Assembly (NCBI GenBank): GCA_002633005.1
Contig: NMRA01000244.1
Coordinates: 1-64,000 of the forward strand
Origin: Phoronis australis
Taxonomy: Eukaryota > Animalia > Phoronida
Direction: 5' to 3'
Length of the DNA: 64,000 nt
Part shown: piece by piece, positions 10,829 to 25,200 of the stretch
Numbering within the stretch: the stretch's first letter is position 1
Layout of the letters: each line of letters begins with the position of its first letter
Translations under genes and position numbers: made by a program
The notes under the pieces: generated by a model
Told to the model about the DNA's origin: nothing
What the model saw: only the letters and a program-made list of their open reading frames with translations
Database searches by the model: none

Positions 10829-13080
10829 TCACTGCAACAACCTAAATTTTGAACCACGGCAACTTTCATGGGTAAAATGTTTTCAATTCTGTGGGAGAAT
10901 TGTGCTAACGGCCTAGCTTGAAGCTTGTCGAAAACTTCTGTGTTTCGTTGCATTACGTGCCACGGCTCAAATTCTCCTGCTAAATCTTAGGCAACTGTCT
11001 CACATTTCCCGTTACGCCGATAATCGGTTAATACGTTTTATCTTCCTACATATGTTACGAGGGTACATGTTATAAAATTCGCAATACTTAAGTATCGAGA
11101 GTGGACGTTACGGAACAAAGTCGGGGCTCCAGGTAATCTTCCGCTTCGGCCTAAGTCGGGAGTATCTAGTGGCAGAAGAAAAAAAGAAAAACACCAATGT
11201 TTTGTACAATCAGAAATTTGTCCAACGATCTTTACGATATTTGTTATAACTACGCAAGCTATCCAGGACATGTTGAAAAACGTGACTATGGCAGTAAAGG
11301 TCGATAAACATATCAAAAGCGACGGTTTTCTACACCTTTTTATTTTTTGGTTAAAATGTTGCTGTGTTGAAATGTGTCAACTAATTTACACTCTTGGAGT
11401 TTTGCATTTTGTGTGCTATTTTCTACAGGTGAATGGAATTTCTAAAGCTAGTCCTAACACCTACTTCTCACATCACCAAACGTTGTCACTGTATGTGTTC
11501 ACCTGGTTTCACTGATATTTTGACTGGTGGACAAGGATAAAACTTTTAATAAACTGCACTAAAAATATCACTTGTCAAAATAGAACAAACGTTTACCATA
11601 GATCTGTTAGCTTACCAATGTGATACTTTAATCTGACTAATTGCTCAATCATATTTTAGCATCATGTAAATATGAAATTAATCAATAAAAATCTTTTCAT
11701 GAATCCTGTTTTTTGGAGCAAAATGAAACATTAAGATGAAAGAAACACCAGTAGCGCCACCTGTCACAAAGAGCTTTGTATTGGAACACCTCAGTTACAC
11801 AGACAGCCTGCTTGTTCATTTTAAGTTTGCATAAACATGAACGTCTTAAAGGGGAAGGCAGCCAGTTTTACAGTAATTTTTGTTTTAATTGCTATTTTCT
11901 AATTATCATAGATAAATTTTCAAGTTAAACTAGCATTAAACCTAGCTAATGTGCATTCTGTCCTAAAGGAGTTATGATTTAGGCCACTAGCTATTTTAAA
12001 ATTGAGGTCAAACTGTTCCTTACTCCGTTTTGAAGTGACCTCTGAGAGCTTGGGAAGAACAGACAGCTTTTTCAAGAGGAAGCTCGTGCAATTTCAGGTG
12101 ATGGCGTTGCTCTAAAGAAATAACAAATTGACACCCCTTTCCTGGCTCAGAACAATTTGATCTCAACTTTAAAATGGTAAGTGATCTAAAACAGTGGTGA
12201 CAGTTCAAACATATGGGATACACCTACTTCCTGACCTTAAGTCACTACAGTCACATGGCTGTAGGTCACTGCACTGCATATTACAAAGAATGGAAATACC
12301 AAGGGTATAGCATCAATCTTCATAACAAATTAAGCAGGTTGCTTCATGATCTCTGTGTACATGTCCCATTTGTAATTCTAAAGTAACAATTATTTGCCGC
12401 ACACCTGACAAATATGCAGCACTTAGCCACAATGTGAACAGGACAGTGTTGCATAATAGACACCAACAAGCCAACTCCGAGGAATCCTGTCGTCCAATGG
12501 AAATCAGTGGAACAGAGCTCATACAGTACACTGTTCAAGAGCACCCGGCGCTTGCATCCTGGTACACAATGATTCCTAGGCATACCAATAACACTCGTAG
12601 AATGGTAAATAATGATCTAATTTATAACGAGTTGTTGCACACACATCTGATGTGTTCAACACAGCCCCAGAAAGTCACATGGTCAACACTATGATTGCCC
12701 TTGTAACACATCTTAATGCTATACCATCTTGTTTTCCCATTTGCTGAAAGGTATCAGTGAGAATATCTTAATTGTGACTTGTAGTGCAACTTATTCAGGT
12801 GACAACACTCTCCTCAATACCTGAGGGAATTGTGCAGCGCCATCTATGGCACAACATAAATAAATACAAAACAACTGCATAACAACAAAAACCAATTGGC
12901 ATAGCCAATTATTTTAATACTGATTTTCCAATGGACTGAATAATTTCTCAACCACATAACAAACAAAGTCTGAAAAATGTGTCCACTTCACGACTGCCCA
13001 GTAACAAATTGTCTGACTCCTCGACTATTGTCAAGTCACACAGGTCTGACTACTAGACCATTACCTAACTAGTCACATGC

Positions 13081-13273
13081 CTACTTGCCAGTCTGTTTAT
13101 TAATAACATCCTGCAGGTATGCACTCCCGTCTCCCTTCATCAGTTCAGACACAATATCGTGAAACTTAAGCTGATGTGCAAGGTTGTACCGTGTCACCGT
13201 GTCTTTACAGTAGTCCAGTAACTTGCGCATGTTAAGCACCATCTGATTGGTCGGATTCTTCTCATGTAGAAAC
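13081..13273 (-). CDS. SPG11: SPG11 terminal exon 42
   Basis: NMRKLLDYCKD...SAYLQDVINKQTGK then TAG. Confidence 0.94.
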
Positions 13274-16200
13274 CTGCAAGAATTCATCATAATATGCTGA
13301 GGAAATCTGTTGTACCCTCAAAGACACAGGACGATGATGAACAGTTGATAAAAAAAATATGAGCACAGCCCCAGAAATCGCTTTCGCATTACATACAGGT
13401 TCGTATTCACTCCCTTGCACACATTCACATGCATGATAGAGTTCAGAGGAAAAGGAGACACCTTTATGCAATGGTCGAATGTCAGCCAGTGAAGCCAGGA
13501 TTTGAAGCCAGGTCTCCCACGTAGGAGTTGGGAGCTCTAATCACTGTGCCACACTGTCTCCTCCACACTGAACAGTTAATCATGTACACGTGGGTGTCTG
13601 AGTGCACGCGTATGTCTACGTGTGTATTGCATGTACACATTCTGTCTTACCAACCCCTGTGACACACAAACAGCCATGACAGGTTTGGATTTAAAGAAAT
13701 GGCAAGTCTTGAAGAAGCAATCTAGGTCTGAAGATGGGGCGAGTTAGGACTTCTAGTTTTCCTTAAGTCACACTTGGAAACCTGTTAGGCAGTGTTACAC
13801 CTTAAACTGCCTTAGATTAGTTGCATATATTTGGACCTCAGGAATGCAGTTTTCCTTTAAAAGTGTTATTTTGTGAAAAGTAATGAAAAATCCTGATTAT
13901 GACAAAAAAGCGGTTCAGTAATCAATCCACCAAGACCAGTCAATAATAATTCATGGAAGCCCTCAATTGGCCACAATGCTAACAATATGCTTATGGTTCC
14001 TACTAGGCTCTTATAGAGACATCTATGGGGTAGAATAAGAACTACGGTCAATAATACAACATACACTTAAGGTTCTTACTTGTCTGACACTTCAGAGAAG
14101 ACTGCTGACGTCAGCTGAACACGTCCTCTCAGCTCTTGCAGGTACTTGATGTCGCCAGAGACAACCATTTGCTGATAGATGGCGCTAGGCCAGTCACTGT
14201 GCCTGTGATAGGCCTCCGCAACAATGTATGCCTGTTGGATAGTGACAGATAAGTTTCAACCAAGTTACTACAGTTGCAGCTACCACTGCTACCATGGTAA
14301 CACTAGTAACAACTAGTTGATTTAAGTTATAGCAACCCAGAGCATTGACATGCACTCAACCTGTTCATCGCATACAGTGCAGAAACAAGGAATGATAACT
14401 AATATAAACAATCCCACTAAACTAGCAATGCAAGTAAATGCAAAATAGCCTCCAGGGGGAGCAAGGCACACCAGAAATACTATCTTCAAATAGAACACAA
14501 ATATGCAGGAAAATGCAAAAAAAATAAAATTGCCACTAGAGGGCGCAACGGCAGTTGGATCCATCTGAATGTCATCATCATCTGTTGTCATGTTCTAGAA
14601 ACACAACGGTCATTTTTAACAAAAGGTCCTGCAAAAGGTTTTGGAGATAAAGCTCCGGAGGATAAAAAAACTGCCACTAGAGGGTGCCACAGAAGTTGAA
14701 GCTATCTGAAAAACATCATCAGCTGTGCTCTTCCCAATAGAAACATATTCCAATTTTCATAATGATCCATACAGTGGTTTGTCGGATAAGATGGACACCA
14801 AAACAGTACAAAATAGAAAAATGGCCACTAGGTGGCATACAATACATTAAATCTATTTGCAAATGGGAAGGTGTTATAAGTGGTTCTTTATAAAAATTCA
14901 TAAAAAATGTCAAGGAACTCTGAAGATACAGAGGAAAACAGAAGAATATAAAATTGCTACTAGAGGACAGACTGGTAGTTGGATCCATCCAAAAATTCGC
15001 TCACGGTGCCAAATCCATGATAGGAATTTCACAAACATCCATCAANNNNNNNNNNNNNNNNNNNNNNNNNNNNNNNNNNNNNNNNNNNNNNNNNNNNNNN
15101 NAACCACTGTGACACATACAGACGTGACAAGTTTGGATTTAAAGAAATGGCAAGTCTTGAAGAAGCAATCTAGGTCTGAAGATGGGGCGAGTTAGGACTT
15201 CTAGTTTTCCTTAAGTCATACATGGAAACCAGTGTTACAGTGTTACAGGCAGTGTTACACCTTAAACTGCCTTAGATTAGTCGCATATATTTGGACCTCA
15301 GGAATGCAGTTTTCCTTTAAAAGTGTTATTTTGTGAAAAGTTAAGTAATGAAAAATCCTGATTATGACAAAAAAGCAGTTCAGTAATCAATCCACCAAGA
15401 CCAGTCAATAATAATTCATGGAAGTCCTCGATTGGCCACAATGCTAACAATATGCTTATGGTTCCTACTAGGCTCTTATAGAGACATCTATGGGGTAGAA
15501 TAAGAACTACGGTCAATAATACAACATACACTTACTTGTCTGACACTTCAGAGAACACTGCTGATGTCAGCTGAACACGGCCTCTCAGCTCTTGCAGGTA
15601 CTTGATGTCGCCAGAGACAACCATCTGCTGATAGATGGCGCTAGCCCAGTCACTGTGCCTGTGATAGGCCTCCGCAACAATGTATGCCTGTTGGATAGTG
15701 ACAGATAAGTTTCAACCAAGTTACTACAGTTGCAGCTACCACTGCTACCATGGTAACACTAGTAACAACTAGTTGATTTAAGTTATAACAACCCAGAGCA
15801 TTGACATGCACTCAATGTGTTCATCGCATACAGTGCAGAAACAAGGAATGATAATTTAAATATAAACATTCCCACTAAACTAGCAATGCAAGTAAATGCA
15901 AAATAGCCTCTAGGGGGAGCAAAGCACACTAGAAATACTACCTTCAAATGGAACACAAATATGCAGGAAAATGCAAAAAAATAAAATTGCCACTAGAGGG
16001 CGCAACGGTAGTTGGATCCATCTGAATGTCATCATCATCTATTGTCATGTTCTAGAAACACAACGGTCATTTTTAACAAAAGGTCCTGTAAGAGGTTTTG
16101 GAGATAAAGCTAAGGAAGATAAAAAACTGCCACTACAGGGTGCCATAGAAGTTGAAGGTATCTGAAAACCATCATCAGCTGTGCCCTTCCCAATAGAAAC

Positions 16201-19200
16201 ATATTCCAATTTTCATAATGATCGATACAGTGGTTTGTCGGATAACAAGATGGACACAAAAACAGTACAAAATAGAAAAATTGGCCACTAGGTGGCATAC
16301 AATACATTAAATCTATTTGCAAGTGGGAAGGTGTTATAATTGGTTCTTTATAAAAATTCATAAAAAAATGTCAAGGAACTCTGAAGATACAGAGGAAAAC
16401 AGAAGAATATAAAATTGCTACTAGAGGACAGACTGGTAGTTGGATCCATCCAAAAATTCGCTCAAGGTGCCAAATCCATGATAGGAACTTCACAAACATC
16501 CATCAAGGGATTTTGGAGATGCAGTAGACAAATGCAGGATGTATGTATGAAAAGGGATAAGAGCATAATGCATGCACAGATAATTATTTTGGTGCATGAA
16601 AACTAACAGTGACAATAGTGCAGACGTCCTATAAACCAAGAGTCATTATCATAATTATAATCACGGCAGAAAATAAATATTAATAGAATTCTAGTATTTA
16701 GTATTTAGCAATTTGGATAGATTATGCCAAATTGGATTGACTAACGTCAAGAACATATTTTTAATACATTAACCACTTGAAACAATAACTTTTAATATAA
16801 TTGTATAGCCTTTTATACATATGTATGTGTGTGACTGTGTATGTTTTTCTTCACATACATATACATTAAGTTTGTTAAAGACACGACTAGACTTTTTGTT
16901 AACGAGCTTGATGCTAGTACGTTCGTAATTTCAGAAAATTTTCCTTTCTTCTAGTGTGCAGGAATGAAGTAACAAACCAAAAGATAACATATAAACAAAA
17001 GCTGTAGCTATATTTCGTGACTTCAAGTCACATCATCAGGCAATGAGTGGAATGAAAATATACAGACTGAAATAAACAGTGAAATACACGTGACAACATA
17101 CAGGTCTTGTTGCGTCTTTATATATATACATATACATTTACATAAACGTAGCCTTACTTCATAAAACTTGGAATGATGAGTGATAAATGAGGTCACTTGA
17201 GGAGGAGTGAGGTTGATGACGAGAATGGCCATTGGTAACAGCTGTGTCTGTAATGCGACCAGGCGTGCCTGCTTCACACAGTTCTGAGCATGGCGAAGAC
17301 ACTCTTCTTTCACGTAACTTTCTGCCGCGTCGGAGAAGTATTGTACAATATTATGTAGTGTAGTCATACATGATGACTCTGCAATTATACAGCAAGAATT
17401 TACAGACCATACTAAAACTTTAGAGCGATTCTTGTGAAACAGGTTGAAAGATTTGCTTATTAATAAGCTAACTTCTTTTCCAATACAGGCAGGGACAAAT
17501 TTTGCAGATGGTCAATTTTGTGAATTGAGCTTATGCTGATGTTGAACAACACAGCTAGTATTTTTGGCATTTTCCCCGACACTCGTAGCATTTATTGTAC
17601 AGAAGCATGAGAAGGCGTGAAATGATGTCTACGAAGATGACTGCGGAGTTGAGCCAACACAATGGTGTTTAATTAATAGAAACAAAGTCTTACAGCTACG
17701 TAACATGAATTAAGCACTTTTGCGGTAGGTTCAGGAAATGACCCCATCATTATCTACACACAATTCCATGCGCCTTTCCAAACTGAAAAAGACGCGCTGG
17801 GTTATGGAATACATCTGTTGAGAATGAAATCGACATACTGCAAAAAACGCTGACAACTAGCATATGACAACTCTTTGCTGCATGTACTACAGCGTTGTTT
17901 GGCAATAGAATTGTGACGATTGATGCAAAGTTTAGGGTGCCTAGCTACAGTAGAAAAAACAACAAAAGTTTGGGACCCTATTCAAGAGAATCACCCTTTA
18001 GAAATGACACAGTACTATCACTCACAGAAATAAATGAATTCTAAACCAGATTTCATTGGCAGCAAATTTGATGGCAAGTCACAAAAAATTCGCTTCAAAC
18101 TTTTACTAAGAAAACCCTTTTGAGGCGTTCAAGTTCAGGCAGGTTAAGACTACATCCTCCAACCTATTACCTTAAGGTAACTGAGTGCCTTTGTTACAAA
18201 GGATTGAACTTTTTAAACACCTTTTTCAAAAAGTATTAATAATAGTCCCCTAAACCATAAGTCCTTGATGAATACAAAATCATATGAGCATAGATGCTCA
18301 TAACCATGTGACTGAATTTTTTCTCAAAAATGCTGATTTTTTAGATCCCTGTAATTTCCAGAAACACTTTTTCACAAGAAACATGCACTCTGTTTTTTAT
18401 TCTCTTAGCTATGTGGAACTTTATTTTAAGACCTTTTAGACAGAGAAATCTGCAGTCAAAAATGAAGATTACGTGAAAAAAACAACTTCAATTTTAACAA
18501 CTGAACTCTCAGGCTAAAAGACTTAAAAGAAAATCCCAGACAATCGTGTTTTTGGACCTAATAGAATAGCGAAAATGAGCAGCTTTATTGTGAAAAAATT
18601 TGTTTGTGGAAAAATGTGATTTATGTGAAGAAACAGGTTTAGAAAAAAAGCAAAAATGTGATTACAAACTAGTGGACATTGCTTTCGTTCACTTAAGATT
18701 TTGTGACTATCAAGGATTTTATTACTTTTATGGGCTAGTAATAAGTTATTAACAATTTTATCCTGGCCTAAATGAACGACATTTTCACTCTCACTTGCCA
18801 ACACATTACCTAAAGGCCTGGCAGCGAGTGCCTTCAAGTGCCTGAATGCCTCTTCCTCCAATAACTGGGCAATCTCACGGTACATGGTGAAGTGTAATGA
18901 CACCATCGTGTATGTGTCAGTGTCACCAGGGTAACGCTTCAGGTACTCCAAGATGGCTAATTTAAGGCGGTCCTCCTACCGAGCACAAACAGTTAGACAG
19001 AAGATCAATCAAACACCGTCTTAGATGAATACAAAATCGATTCTTGGACATACAAAAAAATTTGCTCACACTAACGAAGCCTCAATTCTGTAAACACTAG
19101 CAGGGCTCTACCTAAATATTTTCTTCCACAACAATTGCACAGTACTGATAATATGATAATTCCAAATGTGTATAATTATATTGAAGTCTATGTTAAAGTT

Positions 19201-22200
19201 CAACATAACTAACTGAAATTAAATGTGTTTAATTCCACCACAGCCTTCACACTCACCTTCTCGATCCCCTTCCTGAAGAGTAGTTCAAACTGATGATTCT
19301 GTTTAAGTGTGTCGAATATGTAGGTCATCTCACTAAAGCGACCAACACCGGTCAGGAGGCGAATCTGCAGTAAATGTTTAACAGTGCAGCTGCACAAAGC
19401 ACAGTATTGTAACGCATGTCAATGCACAACTACACAGGTCCCAAAAACAGTTTTGCTGAAGGTTGACTAGCTTTGCTGATGTAACATTGAAAATCGTGAA
19501 GAGAATTAAAAGAAAACTTGCTGAAATTGTTTGAAGTAAATATAAAAAATTGGAAAACAGATCAAGAAGATGTCCCCATCCACACCTTTGCCTTTGCGAG
19601 CTGCCACGAACAGCTTAAACAATAGTCCATGTTGAAACAAAAGAGCACTGAATAAACTGTCCTGGCAAACATCAAGAGTCACCTTGGCTGAATGCACCTT
19701 GCTTTAGTTATTCTACCTGATTAATATATAGATTGGCTTACAAAGCAGACCAGATTGATCTGGTCAAAAGTTCAGTTGGCATTGGAAATAGAAAAATTTT
19801 AATACAATTCTGAATCATTTTACAAAATCATCTAGACTTCCCAGTATGCACACAAAATTCTTCTTGCTCAGGATTTTCATCTTGAATGCAAATTCCCCTC
19901 TCTGGGGCTACTTTTTACGTCTTGCGGACATATGTGTTAGCTCAAGGACAGACTAACCATGCTCTAGAACATCATTCCAAAATAGGCAGACGGAGAAAGT
20001 CAAAAGTTAACAAGACTGCCATTCTCAAAAGCTTGTCAAGAATTCAAGAGGTTTGTTGAACGGTTGCTACAATGAGGGTGAACCTCAACAACTTCATTTA
20101 GGTATGACAGGTGGTACTGGTCTGATATAACGTGCCCGAATTGTGAGAACCAGTCGTCTCCACTAGATAACGGGCATCAAACTGGTTCTCAAAACACGGG
20201 CACACTATATCAGACTATTGCCATGACAGATTGTAGGAGAGTTTTCAGGTCACAGTGAATGTACAGGTCAACAAAAATAAACAATACATGGAAGTATTTA
20301 TAGGGCAGTCTCCTATTACGGTACTGTATGATATTCTACAAGCATGAATGGTAATAGACATTTTTATTAAAAACATTGGGCTGGTGTTTTGTGATTACGC
20401 TCCTTAGACCTCTCAAAAGACAGGCAAGATTAGGTAATAAACGTATACAGGTATAGCGGTTGGAATGAGAAGCAGCCTTCATGTATTTTGACTACATAAA
20501 AAGTCAAACAAGATGGCCTATTGCAGCTGCAGATTTCATTGAGTACCACATGACAGTTGACCAGCACTGATGGGCATACAACATCAATTATCACAAAAAT
20601 GTCAATTTGTTCAGACAGAAAATAAGCAGATGAGAACTATCACCAATTCATGAGATAAACAAATGAAAATTTTTTTGTTCTAGTATTTCGTCGATTTTAC
20701 ACATGAAGAAATTATTTGAAACCTACCACTAAATAACACTTTTTCCTGTCTACATAATGTCAGTGACACAGCTACATAAGACTAAGGCCACAGTTGATTA
20801 AAAGCAGACAAAACACGTCTGTGATAAGAAATGACACATTATCGAATACAGGATTGGACTGCAATTTGGATATTATAAAATTAACATAAAAGCTGGGTGA
20901 ATAAGTAACTCGCTTGTCTAGTTTCTAAGTGTTTTGAAAAAGGACATTTTAGACAACTATTCAACTGCAGCTTCAGTGTTGATGCTGACACTCTTATCTC
21001 CTAAACAAAATGTAGGAGAAAGTATAAGACGTACACGAAGGTTATCTCAGTTGGCTTACTGAATAAATTACACGTATGTGGTCTCACTATAATGTTGATA
21101 CCAAAGGCTATGGATGTCAGATAGATACTCTACATTGTTGTCAGAGCTTGCCAGCCTACACAAACACTTGTGTATGACGTTATGCACTGGAGAAGCGAGG
21201 CACAGTCGATTTTATAGTCACTGTGGTTGTGAGACGTACCCTATTTGGACGTCAGCACGAGCTGGACCTACCATTAGAGGGAACTCCTCTGCTTGACCCA
21301 AATTGACGGTACACAGCCTGGCAGCTCGGAGTATGTTGGAGATACCTTCCATGTTGCACGCTTGAGTGTAACACTCATGAGCACAAATCAAAAGTTCCAC
21401 TTGAGTTGAGAACACTTAAATGGGAAACAACATGTTTACTTAATTACAAGTCAATTAGTAACAAATGAAAACATGTCACCAATAATCACAGTTGCTCTAT
21501 TAATTAGCACTACATCAAATATCAACAAGAGTGTTTCAAATGTCACAACTGATATCTAACAAAAGCTGGATTATCAGTCGCATGTCCAAATACATTGTAG
21601 ACTGCCTGGATATATTTACTGTGAACATTGAAGATTGTGAGAATTCTATAACTTCACATGTGACAGAAATTGTGATCAAAGCACATACATTTTACATCAA
21701 TGAGAAAGTAGTAAACACTGAATTAACGTAATCACAAATTCTTTCATGATCACTCACCAGCGTGTGATTGGTCAGAATCAGGTGAGAGAGCGGCTGCAGC
21801 ATCGACAAGTCGTGCGCCAAGTAAAGATGCATCACAACACAGTTTGATGAGACTAGACAGGTCATGCTTACTGTCTGCGCTGGTTGGGTTATAGACTAGC
21901 TCTTGTGAGGGCGACTCTCCTTTATGAACATCTGAAGAGGGTGAAGATGCCAGGTATATGATAGAGAAAGACAGGGGTGGAGCCATGCTCCTAGTTGGAG
22001 TTTTACATAAAAATTGCTGATTGTTACTCGGCAAATCACATTACGCACACAAATTTTGTTATCATATAAAAAGTGACTTGATAATGGGTATTATATTTCA
22101 TCCAGGGGAAGTACTATAAAAGACATTAATTCCATAATTCAAAACTTGTGGGCAAATCCATTAAAATCATCACTTCAGCTATAAGTTAAATTAATTTAGT

Positions 22201-25200
22201 GATAAAGATTACACTGTATTCAATGATAATAAAAACGATACGTTCGGGAGGAAAACATGCGTGAGAGCTGACAATATATACAATACACTTCACACAGCTG
22301 AGAGTCAATGACAAGTTGTTACTTCTGTTTAACTACAGATGGAGTAACTTTCATCTTACCATGAAGTTGATGACCTGTGAGCACCTCCAGTGACCGAATG
22401 ATACACTCGGCAACAAAGCCTGCCACTTCATCCACTGGTAATGAGCTTGACTCAACCAGTGCTTGAGCCAGTGAATACTTGACATGGTACGTGGTGGTCA
22501 GCAGCTGACGTAGGACTGTGTACAATGGCTCCCCAATAAGATGGCAGTACTCAAGGTCCAGGAGCTGGCCAATAGAAAGATGGTTAACAAAACCAGTGGG
22601 TACTGCCATCTTGTGGCAGACAATATATTCATTCAAATAAGCCTAACAGATGGCTGTTGTGGTTGTTGACATCACAGCCAGAATCAACAATTAACAGATG
22701 AAGTAATTGATCAAAGTTTGTCTGAAATTTTTTTGAAATATGATTGACACAGTCGAACGTACAGGAGCGGCAGTTTGTGTTAGTTTCTAATAAAAATTCA
22801 CAAAGTATGAAGACAAAACTCTAGGGAACTGGTGACAAAGAAAAGATGTCTTGAACAGATTTGTTAATAAATAACTTACTGTGTCCCACTTGAGAATTGA
22901 GATTTAACAGCTTCACTTCATTCCAACAAAGCTATGAATCATTTTTTGCCTAAATTCTGTTCAGTGCTAGACAACAGTTGGGTTACATCAATGTGTAATT
23001 TTTTTGTTAGCAAAATAGCAAGACACATCCAACTGTACGGAGAAGAAAACATCATACTGCAATCAACAAACTTTTAAACAGCAGAAGCAGACAATAAGTG
23101 CAGACACTCAAAACCACTTAATCACATCTGAGCCATAGCATAGTACTTTACTATTACAGTTGTTCCAAGGCCACCTATGGAACTCTACTTAGGAAACTGT
23201 TAAACATGAACTATTTGATATTGTCAAGAGAATAACCTCAACAGCTTTCTGAAAACCATAGGCTTGTGGAGTTACTGCTGGAAAGTCCAAATGTATGAGT
23301 GAAGGCTTTATTCTCCTCTCTTGTGTTGTTAATTTCTATTCCTTTGTTGAAATAAATAGTTTCATATTAATTAAAAAACTCAGCCATACCTGTGAAACCT
23401 TGTACAGGGTGACTATCCTAGAACAGCATCGTTGCCCCAGGCAACAGTGCTGCTGCAGTCTCTCCATGGTAGCGATAACGTCACTAGAGTCCAGCACCAT
23501 CTGCTCAGGAGGGGCGGCCATACTGAGAATACTGGCAGCTGTAACAGTCATGGTGGTCACAGTTCAAACAACAAGACAAGTGAGGTGTTCATAGTGAAAA
23601 GCTTGTGTAAAAGATGTCAGGCATGAGACATAAAGACCCTCATCAACATTGAGGTGCTATAGTGTATTGAGGTGCTGTACTGTACTGAGGTGCTGTACTG
23701 TACTGAGGTGCTGTGCTGTATTGAAGTTCTGTACTGTATTGAGAAACTGTACTGTATTGAGGTGCTGTACTGCATTGAGGTGCTGTACGGTATTGAGATG
23801 CTGTACTGTATTGAGGTCAGTGCTGTACTGTATTGAGGTGCTGTACTGTATTGAGGTGCTGTACTGTATTGAGGTGCTGTAGTGTATTGAGGTCAGTGCT
23901 GTACTGTAGTGAGGCGCTGTACTGTAGTGAGGTGTTGTACTGTATTGAGGTGTTGTACTGTATTGAGGTGCTATACTGTATTGAGCGCTGTTTCTCTGAA
24001 AATTGACAATCAATTGGAACATCTCATTTTCAAGAATGGGGAGTGTGAGATGATTCAATGTACTAATTTTGTGACATCTTACAAAAAGTCAAGTTCTGAA
24101 ATATTTACTTCCCATTTTTTATAGCCACTGTCATATTATGATGCGAATGGAGCTCACAGGAAATATGCTGCGATTAACTTACAGCTAATTGTGCGAGAAA
24201 GGCCTGGCAACAGCTTGCTCAGTTTACGCCCCCTTCGAGGGGGGTCATGGACCAATAACCTCTTCATGTCCTCATCAATGGTGTCTGGTGTTTCCACTTC
24301 AGAGGCTAACCGGATACATGTCTGTACGAAACAACATACAATCGCTACTATACCAAACAAAATTAATTCTTGACACATTGACAGAAGACTGGCTGAGTGA
24401 TGTGAAAACAGACATTTTTAATAACACAGAAACAGCCATTAAGAAAAAGTGGAATCACAACAGCATGGTAACCAAGGTTTGATAATTTGTAGTTAGGACT
24501 ACTTCAGACTGAGCCAGGAACCAACGAAACAAACGATTAAATATTCAAAATGCACGATGTGGCTCTAACTTCAATTATCTTCATTCAGTTCTTCGTGGGT
24601 TTACATTGTGGTAACAACAAGAACATCTTTATGGGGTAATGGCCGGATATAACGTGCCTGAATTTCGAGAACCAGTTTTCTCCACTGAATAACAGCCAAC
24701 AAACTGGTTCTCAAAATACAGGCACATTACATCCGACTATTGCCTCTTCATGGTTAACTTCTCTGAGAAAGAAATATTAAAAGTAATGCAGTGTGGCTCA
24801 CATTATTTTACACGTTTAACAGCCATCAAACGTGTTCGGAAAAATTGCAAGCAATGTTTCTGTTACCAGGGTTTTCTTGCAACAGATCAAAATCACTGAG
24901 CAAAGCAAGTTTACAAACTTATAAGACAGCAAATTGTCGTGAGCATCTGATGCTATCAAAAAGATGGCTGCTTTCTTGTGAGTAAGCTTGCTATGCTCAT
25001 CAAAATCAGAAAATCATCAAACACAATAATGATCTGATGCCGACTGACCAGTATGATAGCCAAGTCCTGACTGTAATGGTCGAACTGGACAGCCAGTTTA
25101 CACGCCTCACATATATGACCTTGATCAAGTAGTTGATCCAGGAGGGAATCTAGGCCACGCAGCTCCTGCAGGGCAAAAGAGCAGCGGGTGAATTACCACA

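Larger units (their letters stand above)
13652..16506. repeat. 1.4-kb tandem duplication (13652-15045 / 15102-16506) around N-gap 15046-15101
   Basis: Highly similar copies with scattered SNPs and indels; contains SPG11 exon 41. Confidence 0.95.

Noticed and set aside
23646-23985. CRISPR-like array or Cys-rich repeat protein ORFs
   Set aside because: Head-to-tail 18-mers without spacers in a eukaryotic intron; the ORFs are repeat artefacts
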